This document shows, piece by piece, positions 25,813 through 35,830 of a stretch of 64,000 bases of DNA. The notes beneath the pieces are model-generated. The model did no database searches, had not been told where the DNA came from, and saw nothing but the letters and a program-made list of their open reading frames with translations. The position numbers and the translations under genes are program-made. Origin of the DNA: Pseudoalteromonas sp. (GTDB lineage: Bacteria > Pseudomonadota > Gammaproteobacteria > Enterobacterales > Alteromonadaceae). Numbering within the stretch: position 1 is the first letter of the stretch; every line of letters begins with the position of its first letter. The DNA is taken from NCBI RefSeq assembly GCF_041629635.1, contig NZ_JBFKMX010000001.1, positions 7,863 through 71,862 of the forward strand, in the 5' to 3' direction.

Positions 25813-28800
25813 ATGAACATTACAATTCGGGCTTTAAAAAATCCGGCGGGGGTAGCGATATTTGTCACCTTGTGCTTGGTATTAGGAATAGTTAGTTTTA
25901 CAAAACTACCTATTCAACTATTTCCAGATATTGAACGACCTCAAATTACCATTTTTACCAGTTGGCGACAGGCGTCACCTGCGGAAATGGAATCTGAAAT
26001 TCTTGAGCCACAAGAAGATGTATTGCAAGGCTTACCTGGGCTTACCAGTTTAAGAACGTTTGCCAACTCAGGGTCGTCGTTCGTTAACTTAACTTTCACT
26101 CTCGATACCGATATGGATAAAACCTTGATCGAGGTGATTAGTCGCATGAACCGTGTGCCACCGCTGCCACGCGATGTAAATCCGCCGGTGATTAGCTTGG
26201 GCGGCTTTAATGGCGGTGCACCAGCACTTACTTATTTCTTCTTACAAGCATTACCGGGCAATGATAAGCCGATTGGTGAATATGCTACGTTTTTTGATGA
26301 CACCATTCGCCCACGCTTAGAAAGCATTCCGGGTGTAGCACGTGTGCAATTACAAACAGGTAACTCAAGTGAGCAATTACAAATCGAATTTGATGCATAT
26401 CGCGCTGCGGAGCTTGGCATCAATTTAACTCGCGTAAGCAATTTAATTGGTTCGGCTAATGATGCGTCGGGTGGGTATGCGGATATTGGCCGGCGCCGTT
26501 ATACGCTGCGTTTTGCAGGTCGCTTTGATCCAACACAGTTAGGTAACTTAGTGCTTGAATGGCGCGATGGTAAGCCAATTAAACTAAGTGATATTGCAGA
26601 AATTAAAGTGACGCGAGACCAAGATAATGGCAGCGCGGTACAAAATGGTAACCCTGCGATGTCAGTGCGTATTGACCGTGAAAGTGGCGCAAATGTACTA
26701 GCCACCCTTGAACGAGTTAAAGCGGAAGTTGATAAAATTCGCAGCCAAGTACTTGAGCCGCAACAACTTACAATGCATCAGTCGTTTGATGCCTCAGTCT
26801 TTATCTACCGTGCGATTAATCTTGTATCAAGTAATTTAGTGCTTGGTATTTTACTCGCAGTGGGCGTTTTATGGTGGTTCCTACGTCAGCGCAGAGCCAC
26901 TTTGATTGTGGCAATGGCTATTCCAATTTCAATTATGACGACCTTTATTGTGCTTAACATTACAGGGCGTTCGCTTAATGTGATATCACTGGCGGGTTTA
27001 GCTTTTGCAACGGGTATGGTACTGGATGCTGCAATTGTGGTGCTTGAAAACATTGTTAGGCTTAAAACCCAAGGTTTGCGTGCTGATAAAGCCGCAGCGA
27101 AAGGCACTCAGTTGGTCTCAGGTGCCTTGATGGCCTCAACGGCAACTACCATAGCGATTTTTATTCCGGTTATTTTTTTACGCGATGTGGCTGGACAGTT
27201 CTTTGCGGATTTAGCGCTCACCATTGCGATTGCCGTATTTATTTCGTTATTGGTGGCACTTACGATTTTACCTGTGGCTGCGAAAATGTGGCTCACTCAG
27301 GCAGTGGAAGAAGATAGGCTTGATGGTCTTTGGCAAAATATCACTTCTAAAATTATGCAATTGACAAATTCCAGTAAAAAACGTGTAGCGGTGATTGTTA
27401 CTCTGATGGCTGCGCCCGTGGCGTTAACTGTATTGTTATTGCCTCCACTTGATTATTTACCCCCGGTAAAACGTGATGCAGTAGATGCTTTTGTTAGATT
27501 ACCAACTGGTTCAAACCAAGAGTTTGTTGAGCGTGAATACATTAAACCGTTAGTTGAGCGCTTGCAGCCTTATATGGATGGCACTAAGCAACCAGCACTG
27601 AAAAACTACTATATTTTGTCGTTCCCAGGCAACGCAAACTTAGGCGTACGTGCAAAGGATCAATCACAAGTGAAAGAGCTTGAACGTGTAATGCGTGAAG
27701 AAATCTTGGTTGATTTACCAGATACCCGTGTTTTTTCTCAGCAGGGAAATCTCTTTGGTGGTTTAGGCTCAGGGCGCAGTATTCAAATTCATTTACAAAG
27801 CCGCGACACGCGCGCCATGGCAGATGTGGCTGATAAAGCGCGCGACATTTTGCAAGCACGCTTTGAAGGCAGCAATATTAACATCAACCCAGGTACGCAA
27901 GATGCTGAGCCGGAGTTACGTCTATTGCCAAATGACCGTCGCATGATGGAAGTGGGTTTTAACCGTCGCGATTTAGCGCAAATTACACGAGCAATGGGCA
28001 CAGGCCTTTATGTGGGTGAATACTTTGATGGCAATAAACGCCTCGATATGATTTTCAAAGCCGAGGGCTGGCAAAATCCTGAAGAGCTTTCAGCAATGCC
28101 AATCACTACACCGAGTGGCACCGTTGTGCAATTGGGCGAGCTAGTGGATGTAACGCGCACAGTTGGCCCATCACGTATTCAACGCATTGACCGTCGCCGC
28201 ACCATTACAGTGAATGTTAATCCGCCAGAAGGCATGTCGCTGCAACAGGCAATGACGATTATTGAAACGAAAATTGAGCCGCAAATTAAAGCATTGATGC
28301 CTGCGGATGGATCAATTAACTACGGAGGCAGTGCTGATAGTTTAAAACAGTCTATTCAAACCATGGGGCAAAACTTTATTTTGGCACTTGGATTACTATT
28401 TATTCTGATGGCCGGTCTCTTTAAATCGTTAAAAGATAGTCTCATGGTAACTTTATCGATTCCACTTGCAACGGTCGGTGGTGTACTGGCATTACAATTG
28501 ATGAACTTAATTCAGTTCCAACCGCTCGATTTGTTAACCATGATAGGTTTTATCATATTGCTTGGCTTGGTGGTTAACAACGCAATCTTACTTGTGGATC
28601 AAACTCGTCAAGGTGAACGTGAAGGCCTAAGCCGTGAGATGGCAGTAGAACAAGCGCTGAAGCTACGTTTACGACCAATCTTTATGAGTACGTTAACCAG
28701 TATTTTCGGCATGTTACCATTGCTTATTATGCCGGGTGAGGGCAGTGTTATCTACCGCGGCCTTGCTGCTGTGATTGTGGGAGGCATGCTGTTCTCGACG

Positions 28801-28908
28801 TTATTCACCTTAGTACTGCTACCAGCGCTACTGAAACAATTTTCAACCCGAACAAGTGTTCAACCAACTCCTGTTACTTCAACTCAAACACAACTGAAAG
28901 GGAATTAG
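25813..28908 (+). CDS. RND efflux permease (AcrB/AcrD/AcrF family)
   Basis: LPIQLFPDIERP, SLNVISLAGLAFATGMVLDAAIVVLEN, RLRPIFMSTLTSIFGMLPL; start moved to ATG 25813 behind AGGGA. Confidence 0.92.
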   Translation: MNITIRALKNPAGVAIFVTLCLVLGIVSFTKLPIQLFPDIERPQITIFTSWRQASPAEMESEILEPQEDVLQGLPGLTSLRTFANSGSSFVNLTFTLDTDMDKTLIEVISRMNRVPPLPRDVNPPVISLGGFNGGAPALTYFFLQALPGNDKPIGEYATFFDDTIRPRLESIPGVARVQLQTGNSSEQLQIEFDAYRAAELGINLTRVSNLIGSANDASGGYADIGRRRYTLRFAGRFDPTQLGNLVLEWRDGKPIKLSDIAEIKVTRDQDNGSAVQNGNPAMSVRIDRESGANVLATLERVKAEVDKIRSQVLEPQQLTMHQSFDASVFIYRAINLVSSNLVLGILLAVGVLWWFLRQRRATLIVAMAIPISIMTTFIVLNITGRSLNVISLAGLAFATGMVLDAAIVVLENIVRLKTQGLRADKAAAKGTQLVSGALMASTATTIAIFIPVIFLRDVAGQFFADLALTIAIAVFISLLVALTILPVAAKMWLTQAVEEDRLDGLWQNITSKIMQLTNSSKKRVAVIVTLMAAPVALTVLLLPPLDYLPPVKRDAVDAFVRLPTGSNQEFVEREYIKPLVERLQPYMDGTKQPALKNYYILSFPGNANLGVRAKDQSQVKELERVMREEILVDLPDTRVFSQQGNLFGGLGSGRSIQIHLQSRDTRAMADVADKARDILQARFEGSNININPGTQDAEPELRLLPNDRRMMEVGFNRRDLAQITRAMGTGLYVGEYFDGNKRLDMIFKAEGWQNPEELSAMPITTPSGTVVQLGELVDVTRTVGPSRIQRIDRRRTITVNVNPPEGMSLQQAMTIIETKIEPQIKALMPADGSINYGGSADSLKQSIQTMGQNFILALGLLFILMAGLFKSLKDSLMVTLSIPLATVGGVLALQLMNLIQFQPLDLLTMIGFIILLGLVVNNAILLVDQTRQGEREGLSREMAVEQALKLRLRPIFMSTLTSIFGMLPLLIMPGEGSVIYRGLAAVIVGGMLFSTLFTLVLLPALLKQFSTRTSVQPTPVTSTQTQLKGN

Positions 28909-28910
28909 TT

Positions 28911-29969
28911 ATGAGATACGTTATTTCAACCATTTTATGTACCTTACTGGCATTAATCAGCTGTTTTGCCAGTGCCAATGAACGTCCCGATCCGTTAGTT
29001 GCATTAGGAGAAGTTGAACAAGCCGAAATCGCTGAACAAATGTGGGTACCAGGCACTGTGGTTAGTCGTTTTGACTCGCGCCTGACCACTGAGGTTTCTG
29101 GTGTAGTAAAACGCATTGCTGAAGTAGGTGAGCGCTTTAAAAAAGGCGATACTATTCTGCTTTTGGATGATGCATTTTTACAACTTGAAAAGCAGCAAGC
29201 AAGTGCCAGTATTAAAAGCTTTGATACGCGTGTTACTTTGCTTGAGCGCCAGTTAATACGTTTAGAAAAGCTTGGCAAAAACGCCTCTCTTGATGCCTTA
29301 GAGGCTAAAGAGGCTGAATTGATGATGGCAAAGCAAGAGCTTGAACAGGCGAAAATCACCTTTCAACGTATTGCCCTGCAATTAGAGAAAACACAGCTGG
29401 TAGCACCATTTGATGGCACAATTGTTGAGCGTTATAAACAAGTTGGCGAATTTAGCCAAACCAATGCACCCGCGGTGCGTTTAGTCAGTCTTGATGATTT
29501 AGAGGTTCGCGCTAATGCGCCACTCTCTCATACTCAATTTAACCAAGTCGGTGATGATGTATTTATTGCTAACAAAGAAGGTCGTTTTAGCTCAAAAGTA
29601 CGCGCTCTTGTTCCAGTAGGCGATGAATTAAGTCGTACCATGGAAGTACGTGTGTCATTAAGCGATCGCTCGTTACCTATTGGTACTGCGGTGCGGGTTA
29701 GCCTTGCCAGTAGTGCAAAACATAATGCGCTTACAGTTCATCGCGATGCGCTTATTTTGCGCCAAGACAAAGTATATGTGAATGTAGTGCAGGACGATTT
29801 AACTGTTAAACAAGTCACTGTGACACCTGGTAGTGGTTTTAATGAACTTATCGAAGTGAAAGGTGAATTAACATTAGGTGCAAAAGTGGCAATCCGTGGT
29901 AGTGAGATGCTGCGCGATGGTGCAAAAGTGCGTGTTAAATCAACGGACAATTTAGTTGCCCTGCGTTAA
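28911..29969 (+). CDS. RND periplasmic adaptor (MFP/HlyD family)
   Basis: Signal peptide, EVSGVV..VGERFKKGD lipoyl half, APFDGTIV, alpha-hairpin. Confidence 0.9.
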   Translation: MRYVISTILCTLLALISCFASANERPDPLVALGEVEQAEIAEQMWVPGTVVSRFDSRLTTEVSGVVKRIAEVGERFKKGDTILLLDDAFLQLEKQQASASIKSFDTRVTLLERQLIRLEKLGKNASLDALEAKEAELMMAKQELEQAKITFQRIALQLEKTQLVAPFDGTIVERYKQVGEFSQTNAPAVRLVSLDDLEVRANAPLSHTQFNQVGDDVFIANKEGRFSSKVRALVPVGDELSRTMEVRVSLSDRSLPIGTAVRVSLASSAKHNALTVHRDALILRQDKVYVNVVQDDLTVKQVTVTPGSGFNELIEVKGELTLGAKVAIRGSEMLRDGAKVRVKSTDNLVALR

Positions 29970-29974
29970 ACAAA

Positions 29975-30001
29975 AAAAGCGAGCCTAAGTGGCTCGCTTT
30001 T
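29975..30001. terminator. Bidirectional intrinsic terminator
   Basis: AAAAGCGAGCC-TAAGT-GGCTCGCTTTT with A-run before and T-run after, between convergent genes. Confidence 0.85.
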
Positions 30002-30007
30002 AAAGTA

Positions 30008-30232
30008 TTACCTAAGAGCAATATTTGGATTTACGTTTACTTCACCAAAATGATCTATTGTGGCAACTGAGTCTCCCTGTCTCAGCACAGCAATCTTAAG
30101 ATGACCAGTAGTACGCACAAACGCAAGATCGTATCCGTAATTACTTAAATCATACATTGCTATGCGTTGCTCGTCGCTTAATAAGTCAATATGCTCATTA
30201 AAGCCCGGAGAATGATGTCTACGTTCTAACAT
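30008..30232 (-). CDS. Small hypothetical protein
   Basis: Own strand and shared terminator; LSDEQRIAMYDLSNYGYDLAFVR..HFGEVNVNPNIALR reads like a small Alteromonadales protein family as recalled. Confidence 0.75.
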   Translation of the reverse strand: MLERRHHSPGFNEHIDLLSDEQRIAMYDLSNYGYDLAFVRTTGHLKIAVLRQGDSVATIDHFGEVNVNPNIALR

Positions 30233-30371
30233 GTTTACAGCCTAACTAACCCCCATATCACTTTAACTATAGTAGTTAATAAGTGTTGTGCAAAATTTAA
30301 TCAGTGTGAGTTGTTGCTGTTTTTGACAAATTTGATTAGAGTGCCGAAATACATTTTCAGCAATATATTTC

Positions 30372-31295
30372 ATGTTTTCGTCTCTTTTTCCTTTAGTAGT
30401 CTTGGTTGTGCTTGGCTACCTCACTATGCGTAAGGGCCGTGTGAATCAAGGTACTATTTCAGATCTAAGTAACATCACCTTTAGTTGTTTGTTTCCACTC
30501 TTTTTATTTATCAATATTGCAGAGGCTAAGTTATCGGGTGCGCTGTCATATACTGTGTTCTTAACCTTTTACGGTGCGGTTATTATCACTTTTTTTATAA
30601 CTTATTTTGTTTCACCACGAGTGTTTAAAAAGGAAAATGAAGCGAGCGCAGTACATGCTCTTGGCAGCACTTATTCCAATACCGTGATTGTGGGTTTACC
30701 AATTTTGATTAGTTTAATATCGCCAAATGTCACAGCGCTGGTATTCTTGATCATTAGTTTTCATAGTGCGATGTTATTTGCTGCAGCAAGCTTTTTAACA
30801 AGTATTACTACCAATAAAGCGTTTGAGGTTAAATTATTTTTTATTGAACTCTGTAAAAACCCTTTATTAGTTGGTATTTACACTGGTTTGTTAGTAAATC
30901 TAACGGGTGTGGAGTTGCCAGAATTCATCAGTAAAACGCTTCATCTAATGACCACCCCTGCATTGACGCTTGCTTTGTTTATACTCGGAGCTAATTTATA
31001 TCAATACCGTATAGTGGGCAGTGTTGGTCAAATTGTTTTTGCTAGTTGTGTTAAGCTTCTATTACTGCCGTTATCGACCTTGCTTATTGCAGATGGCGTG
31101 TTTCAGCTTAGCAGTGATATTATATTGATATTGGTTGTGTTAACAGCGTGTCCGACCGGAGTTAATGCCTATATTGTGGCATGTCAGCAAAACCAAGGTC
31201 AAAGTGTAGTAGCCGGTACCGTTGTGATGAGTACATTGCTTAGTGTTATTACCATTCCTGCATGGCTTTTGATATTGGAGTATGGCGTATTTTAA
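30372..31295 (+). CDS. AEC (auxin efflux carrier) family transporter
   Basis: About 10 TM; SNTVIVGLP, KNPLLV, KLLLLP, ACPTGVNAY. Confidence 0.9.
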   Translation: MFSSLFPLVVLVVLGYLTMRKGRVNQGTISDLSNITFSCLFPLFLFINIAEAKLSGALSYTVFLTFYGAVIITFFITYFVSPRVFKKENEASAVHALGSTYSNTVIVGLPILISLISPNVTALVFLIISFHSAMLFAAASFLTSITTNKAFEVKLFFIELCKNPLLVGIYTGLLVNLTGVELPEFISKTLHLMTTPALTLALFILGANLYQYRIVGSVGQIVFASCVKLLLLPLSTLLIADGVFQLSSDIILILVVLTACPTGVNAYIVACQQNQGQSVVAGTVVMSTLLSVITIPAWLLILEYGVF

Positions 31296-31468
31296 TAGTA
31301 CATATTACTTGAAGCCCCCCTTTGCTATGACCTCAATTAGTAAACAAATTTAGTATAAAAGGCCTGAAAGTAACTTTTCAATCCATTCGAAATACGCTTT
31401 TTCGGTATCAAGTACCTCAGTCAAAAGCACAGCCAAATAGGAAGTTAGGTTATTTTGTAATCGACAAA

Positions 31469-31517
31469 ATTGATCAGTGTTCTAACTAATGTTATATTGA
31501 TTAGTGTTCTAATTAAT
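31469..31517. repeat. Two 22-bp palindromic direct repeats, candidate MarR/CosR operators
   Basis: ATTGATCAGTGTTCTAACTAAT (31469-31490) and ATTGATTAGTGTTCTAATTAAT (31496-31517), 20/22 identical; the second is a near-perfect palindrome. Confidence 0.7.
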
Positions 31518-31703
31518 TTTAAAGAGATTTACACCTGCTAGAGTTATTAAACACTCTAACATTAAATAATTATGCATTATTCCCACCGATGTTCAATTAA
31601 GCATATTGCTATCAATTCTAAAGATGTTTTGTGTGTTAGGCATTGACTTGTTTTAACACTATACAAATTCCCTTTTTATACAAATTAACTGCAAGGATAC
31701 TAG

Positions 31704-32546
31704 ATGATGACAGCGACACAATTTGATAGTGAAATGACACTCACAGGAAATAAAATTCGATTTGGCAAACTAAATGACCGCGTCTATATAACGGATGCAA
31801 CAATTGAATTACCCAATACTTTTCACAAAGAGGTCGAAGATTTTGCTAAGCAAGGTGGATACAGCAAAATAATCGCGAAAGTAAAAGATGCCCAAGTATT
31901 ACCTTTTCTAAAAAGGGGATACCAAATAGAAGCTACCGTTCCAGGTTATTTTGGTCTACAAGATGCTATTTTTATTTCACGCTTTTTTGATGAAGAACGT
32001 GCATCATGTGAGCATATGGATCTTAGCGACGGTATTATTAATGAAGTACAAAATGTTGACACGTGGGATCCATCATCCTTTTCGCAGCCAGTGCTTTTCC
32101 GTAAGTGTAACCAGGTTGATGTGCGTGCACTTTCTAAGTTATACCAACTTGCCTTTTCCAGCTATGGATCACCGATAGGTGATGAACATTATATTTCACA
32201 GAGCATTGAAAATGGCGTGGACTATTTTTGTGTTGAGTATATGGATGCAATTGTTGCATGTGTGCGTATTGAATATGAAAAAGATGCACCTAATGCACGT
32301 CTTTACGATACGGTGGTATTACGTCAATTTCGTAATGAAGGAATTGCATCTGCTTTAATCTTTGAAGCCAGAAGATACCTAAAAAATAACGGTGTAGAAT
32401 TTATTTATTCGATTTGCAGGGCTTCATCGTTCGCCATCAATAAAGTGTTTGCAAGACTTGCTTTTGAATACGGGGGGCGGCTTATAAACAATAATTTAGT
32501 TAATAACAAACTTGTATCAATGAATGTATGGTCACAGAAACTCTGA
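31704..32546 (+). CDS. ablB: Putative beta-lysine N-acetyltransferase (AblB/YodP-like GNAT)
   Basis: SKIIAKV, GYQIEATVPGYF, RASSFAINKVF, YGGRLINN, MNVW follow B. subtilis YodP as recalled. Confidence 0.75.
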   Translation: MMTATQFDSEMTLTGNKIRFGKLNDRVYITDATIELPNTFHKEVEDFAKQGGYSKIIAKVKDAQVLPFLKRGYQIEATVPGYFGLQDAIFISRFFDEERASCEHMDLSDGIINEVQNVDTWDPSSFSQPVLFRKCNQVDVRALSKLYQLAFSSYGSPIGDEHYISQSIENGVDYFCVEYMDAIVACVRIEYEKDAPNARLYDTVVLRQFRNEGIASALIFEARRYLKNNGVEFIYSICRASSFAINKVFARLAFEYGGRLINNNLVNNKLVSMNVWSQKL

Positions 32547-32588
32547 CTTTGATTAATTAACATCAATTAATCTTACGGAGACTGAGCA

Positions 32589-35135
32589 ATGACGAGTACA
32601 TTAAAACAACAATTAGATCGATTTACTGCAGAGCAAAATACCCGATTTTTCTCTAGCCCTATCGCTGTGTTACTAGAAGAACGTGCAAATAAATTAGATG
32701 AGATCTTGATTGTAATGTGGCAAGAATGTGGTCTTGCGGATTCTTGCTGTTCACTCAATGCGGTCGGTGGTTATGGACGCACATCACTTCATCCTTATTC
32801 TGACATTGATATTGCTATTATTGCTCCTGATGATGGCTCTGTTTTTCCTGAGCGTGAAATCAGTGATTTTATTATGGGCTTATGGGACCTTGGACTTGAT
32901 ATTGGTCATTCAGTGCGAACAGAATCACAAGCAAAAAAATATGCAACTGAAGATATAACTATCGCAACTAACTTACTGGATATTAGGTGTTTATATGGAA
33001 ATAAACAGCATTCAAAAAGGGTGCGAAACTTTTTGTATGATGAGCAAGGTTGGGCAGATCAGGCTTTTTTGCAAGCTAAGTTAAAAGAGCAAAATGAAAG
33101 GCACAAAAAAGCACTTAATACAGCACTTTATTTAGAGCCAAATATTAAGGCAAATCCTGGTGGTTTAAGGGACTTTCAAACTATTTTATGGGTTGCACGC
33201 AAACATTTAAAAATATCACATACTGAGTTACTTGCGCAGGGAGATCTGTTGCAAGAGGATGAACATTTTGAACTTATTGAAGCGTATGATTTCATTTGTC
33301 GTATTCGCTGGGCACTTCATTGTGTAGCAAAAAAACCACAAGAAACACTGTTGTTCGAGTATCAAGCTGAAGTTGCTGAATTCTTGAAATTTGGTCGCGG
33401 CGATAGCGCACAACAGGCAATTGAGCGTATGATGCGTCAATTGTTTCGTGCAATGACCCGTTTACAAGAGCTTAATCAAATCTTATGTGGAAATGTACGA
33501 AGCAGCATTATGCGCGATCAGCAAAAGCAGATTATTAAACTAAACCAACAGTTCTCATTAGTTGATGGTCTGTTAAATGCAAACACTGCAAGTGTATTTA
33601 TTGATAAAGCGCAGGTGATAAATTTATTTGTGTTGCTAGCGCACCATACTCAAGCTAAAGGCATTTCTTCTCATACTTTACAGTTATTGAGAAAAGTAAA
33701 ACACCGCCTTCTTGGAGAACTCCAAGACTACCAAAGTTGTCGGGAAGCATTTATTCGCTTATTTGAACATCCAAAAACATTAAAAAAAGTGTTAGGTCTA
33801 ATGCATCGCTACGGAGTGCTCGAAATGTATTCAACACAATGGGCACAAAGCGAAGGTAGGATGCAATTTGATATTCACAATGCCTATACGGTAGATGAGC
33901 ATGTTTATAAAACTGTGTCATACATTTCAGATTTCGCATTCAGTAATGATAATCAAGAGAGTTACCACGTTGCTTATGGGCGTGTGCAAAATAAATTAGC
34001 GTTACTGTTAGCGGCTTTTTGTCATCATTTAGCAGGGTCACAAGAAAGCGATAGTCATAGCACGAGTGCTATATTAGCTAGGGAGTTTGCACGTTTTCAC
34101 AACTTAAAAAATGCATCTGTTGAACTGATAGAGTGGCTTATTGAAAATCAAGAATTGTTAATCACAACCAGTCGTACATTAGATATTTACGATCCGAGAA
34201 CGATTAAGGCACTCAATAAAAAGATTAAGTCGCTAGAACGCTTAAATGCTCTCTATACTTTAACGGTTGCAGATATAATGGCAACCAATGAAGATGCGTG
34301 GAATGATTGGCAAGCCGCAATTTTAGAGCAACTTTATTTAGCATCACGTGAAGCATTGAAAACCGATGGAAAAAGTATTTTTGAACAGCGTACTGTTATT
34401 CGAGAAAATAAAGCACAAGCACAAACCATTTTATCAAACAGTGATATAGCATTAGATAATGTGACGGCTTTTTGGTCGACACTCCCGAACAGTTTTTTTA
34501 CTTTCACTAGTGCAAAAGAATTGTCAGAAATTACCGCCAAAGTTGTATCAACTCAGCAGTTTCCGTTGGTTTTTATAACGCAAAGCGAACAGCAAGGCTG
34601 CTCTACTTTAGTTGTGTATACCCCTAATAGGCAAAAACTATTTGTCGACATTTTTAATACATTGACTCGTGCAAAGGTGAATGTAAAAGATGCTGAGCTG
34701 TTAGAAACCAAAGATGGTAACGTATTGGAAGTGTTTCGCGTACTTGACTTCAATGATGAACAGTTAAGCGAGAGTTATCGTATAAAACGTGTTATTAGTC
34801 AAATAGAGCAAGTCATTACGTCAGGACATAAAGACTGCAAGTTACCTGTTGCAAAGAAGATTAAAAACTTTGACTCTGAACCCATGGTGGAATTTATACC
34901 TACGCCCAAGCGCGATCGCACGCTGCTCAAAGTGACAACATTGAACAACCCAAGCTATGTCGATAAAATTTGTTCTGTCTTTCGAACTCACACATTGTCT
35001 ATTCATTCAGCTAAAGTGACAACACTGGGAGAAAGTTTGGAAAGTGTGTTTTTACTTTCAGACATTCACAACCAGTGTTTAAAAGAAGACTTACGTAATC
35101 AAGTCATTGATGCGTTCAGTTATAATTTACATTAA
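32589..35135 (+). CDS. glnD: [Protein-PII] uridylyltransferase-like protein, divergent GlnD paralogue
   Basis: AVGGYGR, HPYSDIDI, LEPNIKANPGGLRD, YTVDEH, two ACT domains; HD motif reads CHHLAG; not in the usual map-glnD-dapD context. Confidence 0.85.
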   Translation: MTSTLKQQLDRFTAEQNTRFFSSPIAVLLEERANKLDEILIVMWQECGLADSCCSLNAVGGYGRTSLHPYSDIDIAIIAPDDGSVFPEREISDFIMGLWDLGLDIGHSVRTESQAKKYATEDITIATNLLDIRCLYGNKQHSKRVRNFLYDEQGWADQAFLQAKLKEQNERHKKALNTALYLEPNIKANPGGLRDFQTILWVARKHLKISHTELLAQGDLLQEDEHFELIEAYDFICRIRWALHCVAKKPQETLLFEYQAEVAEFLKFGRGDSAQQAIERMMRQLFRAMTRLQELNQILCGNVRSSIMRDQQKQIIKLNQQFSLVDGLLNANTASVFIDKAQVINLFVLLAHHTQAKGISSHTLQLLRKVKHRLLGELQDYQSCREAFIRLFEHPKTLKKVLGLMHRYGVLEMYSTQWAQSEGRMQFDIHNAYTVDEHVYKTVSYISDFAFSNDNQESYHVAYGRVQNKLALLLAAFCHHLAGSQESDSHSTSAILAREFARFHNLKNASVELIEWLIENQELLITTSRTLDIYDPRTIKALNKKIKSLERLNALYTLTVADIMATNEDAWNDWQAAILEQLYLASREALKTDGKSIFEQRTVIRENKAQAQTILSNSDIALDNVTAFWSTLPNSFFTFTSAKELSEITAKVVSTQQFPLVFITQSEQQGCSTLVVYTPNRQKLFVDIFNTLTRAKVNVKDAELLETKDGNVLEVFRVLDFNDEQLSESYRIKRVISQIEQVITSGHKDCKLPVAKKIKNFDSEPMVEFIPTPKRDRTLLKVTTLNNPSYVDKICSVFRTHTLSIHSAKVTTLGESLESVFLLSDIHNQCLKEDLRNQVIDAFSYNLH

Positions 35136-35626
35136 TTTTTACTTTCACCATCAGTACTCATACCGATAGGAGCAATTTCTAACATAGGGGCTGCGTCAAG
35201 ATCACTTGCATCCATCATAGTTGCAATTCGCTGCATTGATGAGAGCAATAGACTTTGTTCCCATTGTTCAAGGGCGCAAAAATTCTGAATAAAGTGTTCT
35301 TGCAAGGGTTGGGGTGCATCGATAAGAGAGGTTCTTCCTATATCCGTTAGAAATAAACTAACACGGCGTTTATCTTCTTTGCTGCGTACACGCTCGATTA
35401 GGCCGCGAGACTCTAGTCTATCCAGAATGTTTGTTACAGTTGCCGCGCTTAAATTAATTTCTTTCGCAACAGCACCTGCTGTAACGCCCTTAATACGAGC
35501 GATTTCTTGCATTATCAACAGCTGTGGGCCAGTTAGACCTGAAGATTTATTAAGTTGTTTTGAATGCAAATCGATGGCTCTAATAACTTTACGGATGGAG
35601 ACAAGCAGTTCTTCGTATTTTTCCAT
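35132..35626 (-). CDS. cosR: MarR-family regulator, CosR/EctR-like
   Basis: IRAIDLHSKQL, GLTGPQL, ILDRLE, DKRRV, APQPLQEHF, LEQWEQSLLLSSMQRIA match the CosR/EctR subfamily as recalled. Confidence 0.75.
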   Translation of the reverse strand: MEKYEELLVSIRKVIRAIDLHSKQLNKSSGLTGPQLLIMQEIARIKGVTAGAVAKEINLSAATVTNILDRLESRGLIERVRSKEDKRRVSLFLTDIGRTSLIDAPQPLQEHFIQNFCALEQWEQSLLLSSMQRIATMMDASDLDAAPMLEIAPIGMSTDGESKN

Positions 35627-35830
35627 TTTGAAGTCTTAATATCTGAAATCGTAGTAAATTAATAATTTGAGCTAATAGTACCAAAATGTCTATCGCAAAA
35701 CATTTTTTTGTCTGTCATAACAGGATTTAGTGTCTAAAATTGATTGAAAGTGATTAATTTACAATAACTTTATTTGGTTTTTAAGCTCAAATGATGTCAT
35801 TTTTAAAGGCTATTAATAGGTCATGAAAGA

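Noticed and set aside
31350-31481. Minus-strand open frame ending TEVLDTEKAYFEWIEKLLSGLLY
   Set aside because: Protein-like but no credible start or RBS, and it overlaps the operator repeats; at most a gene remnant.
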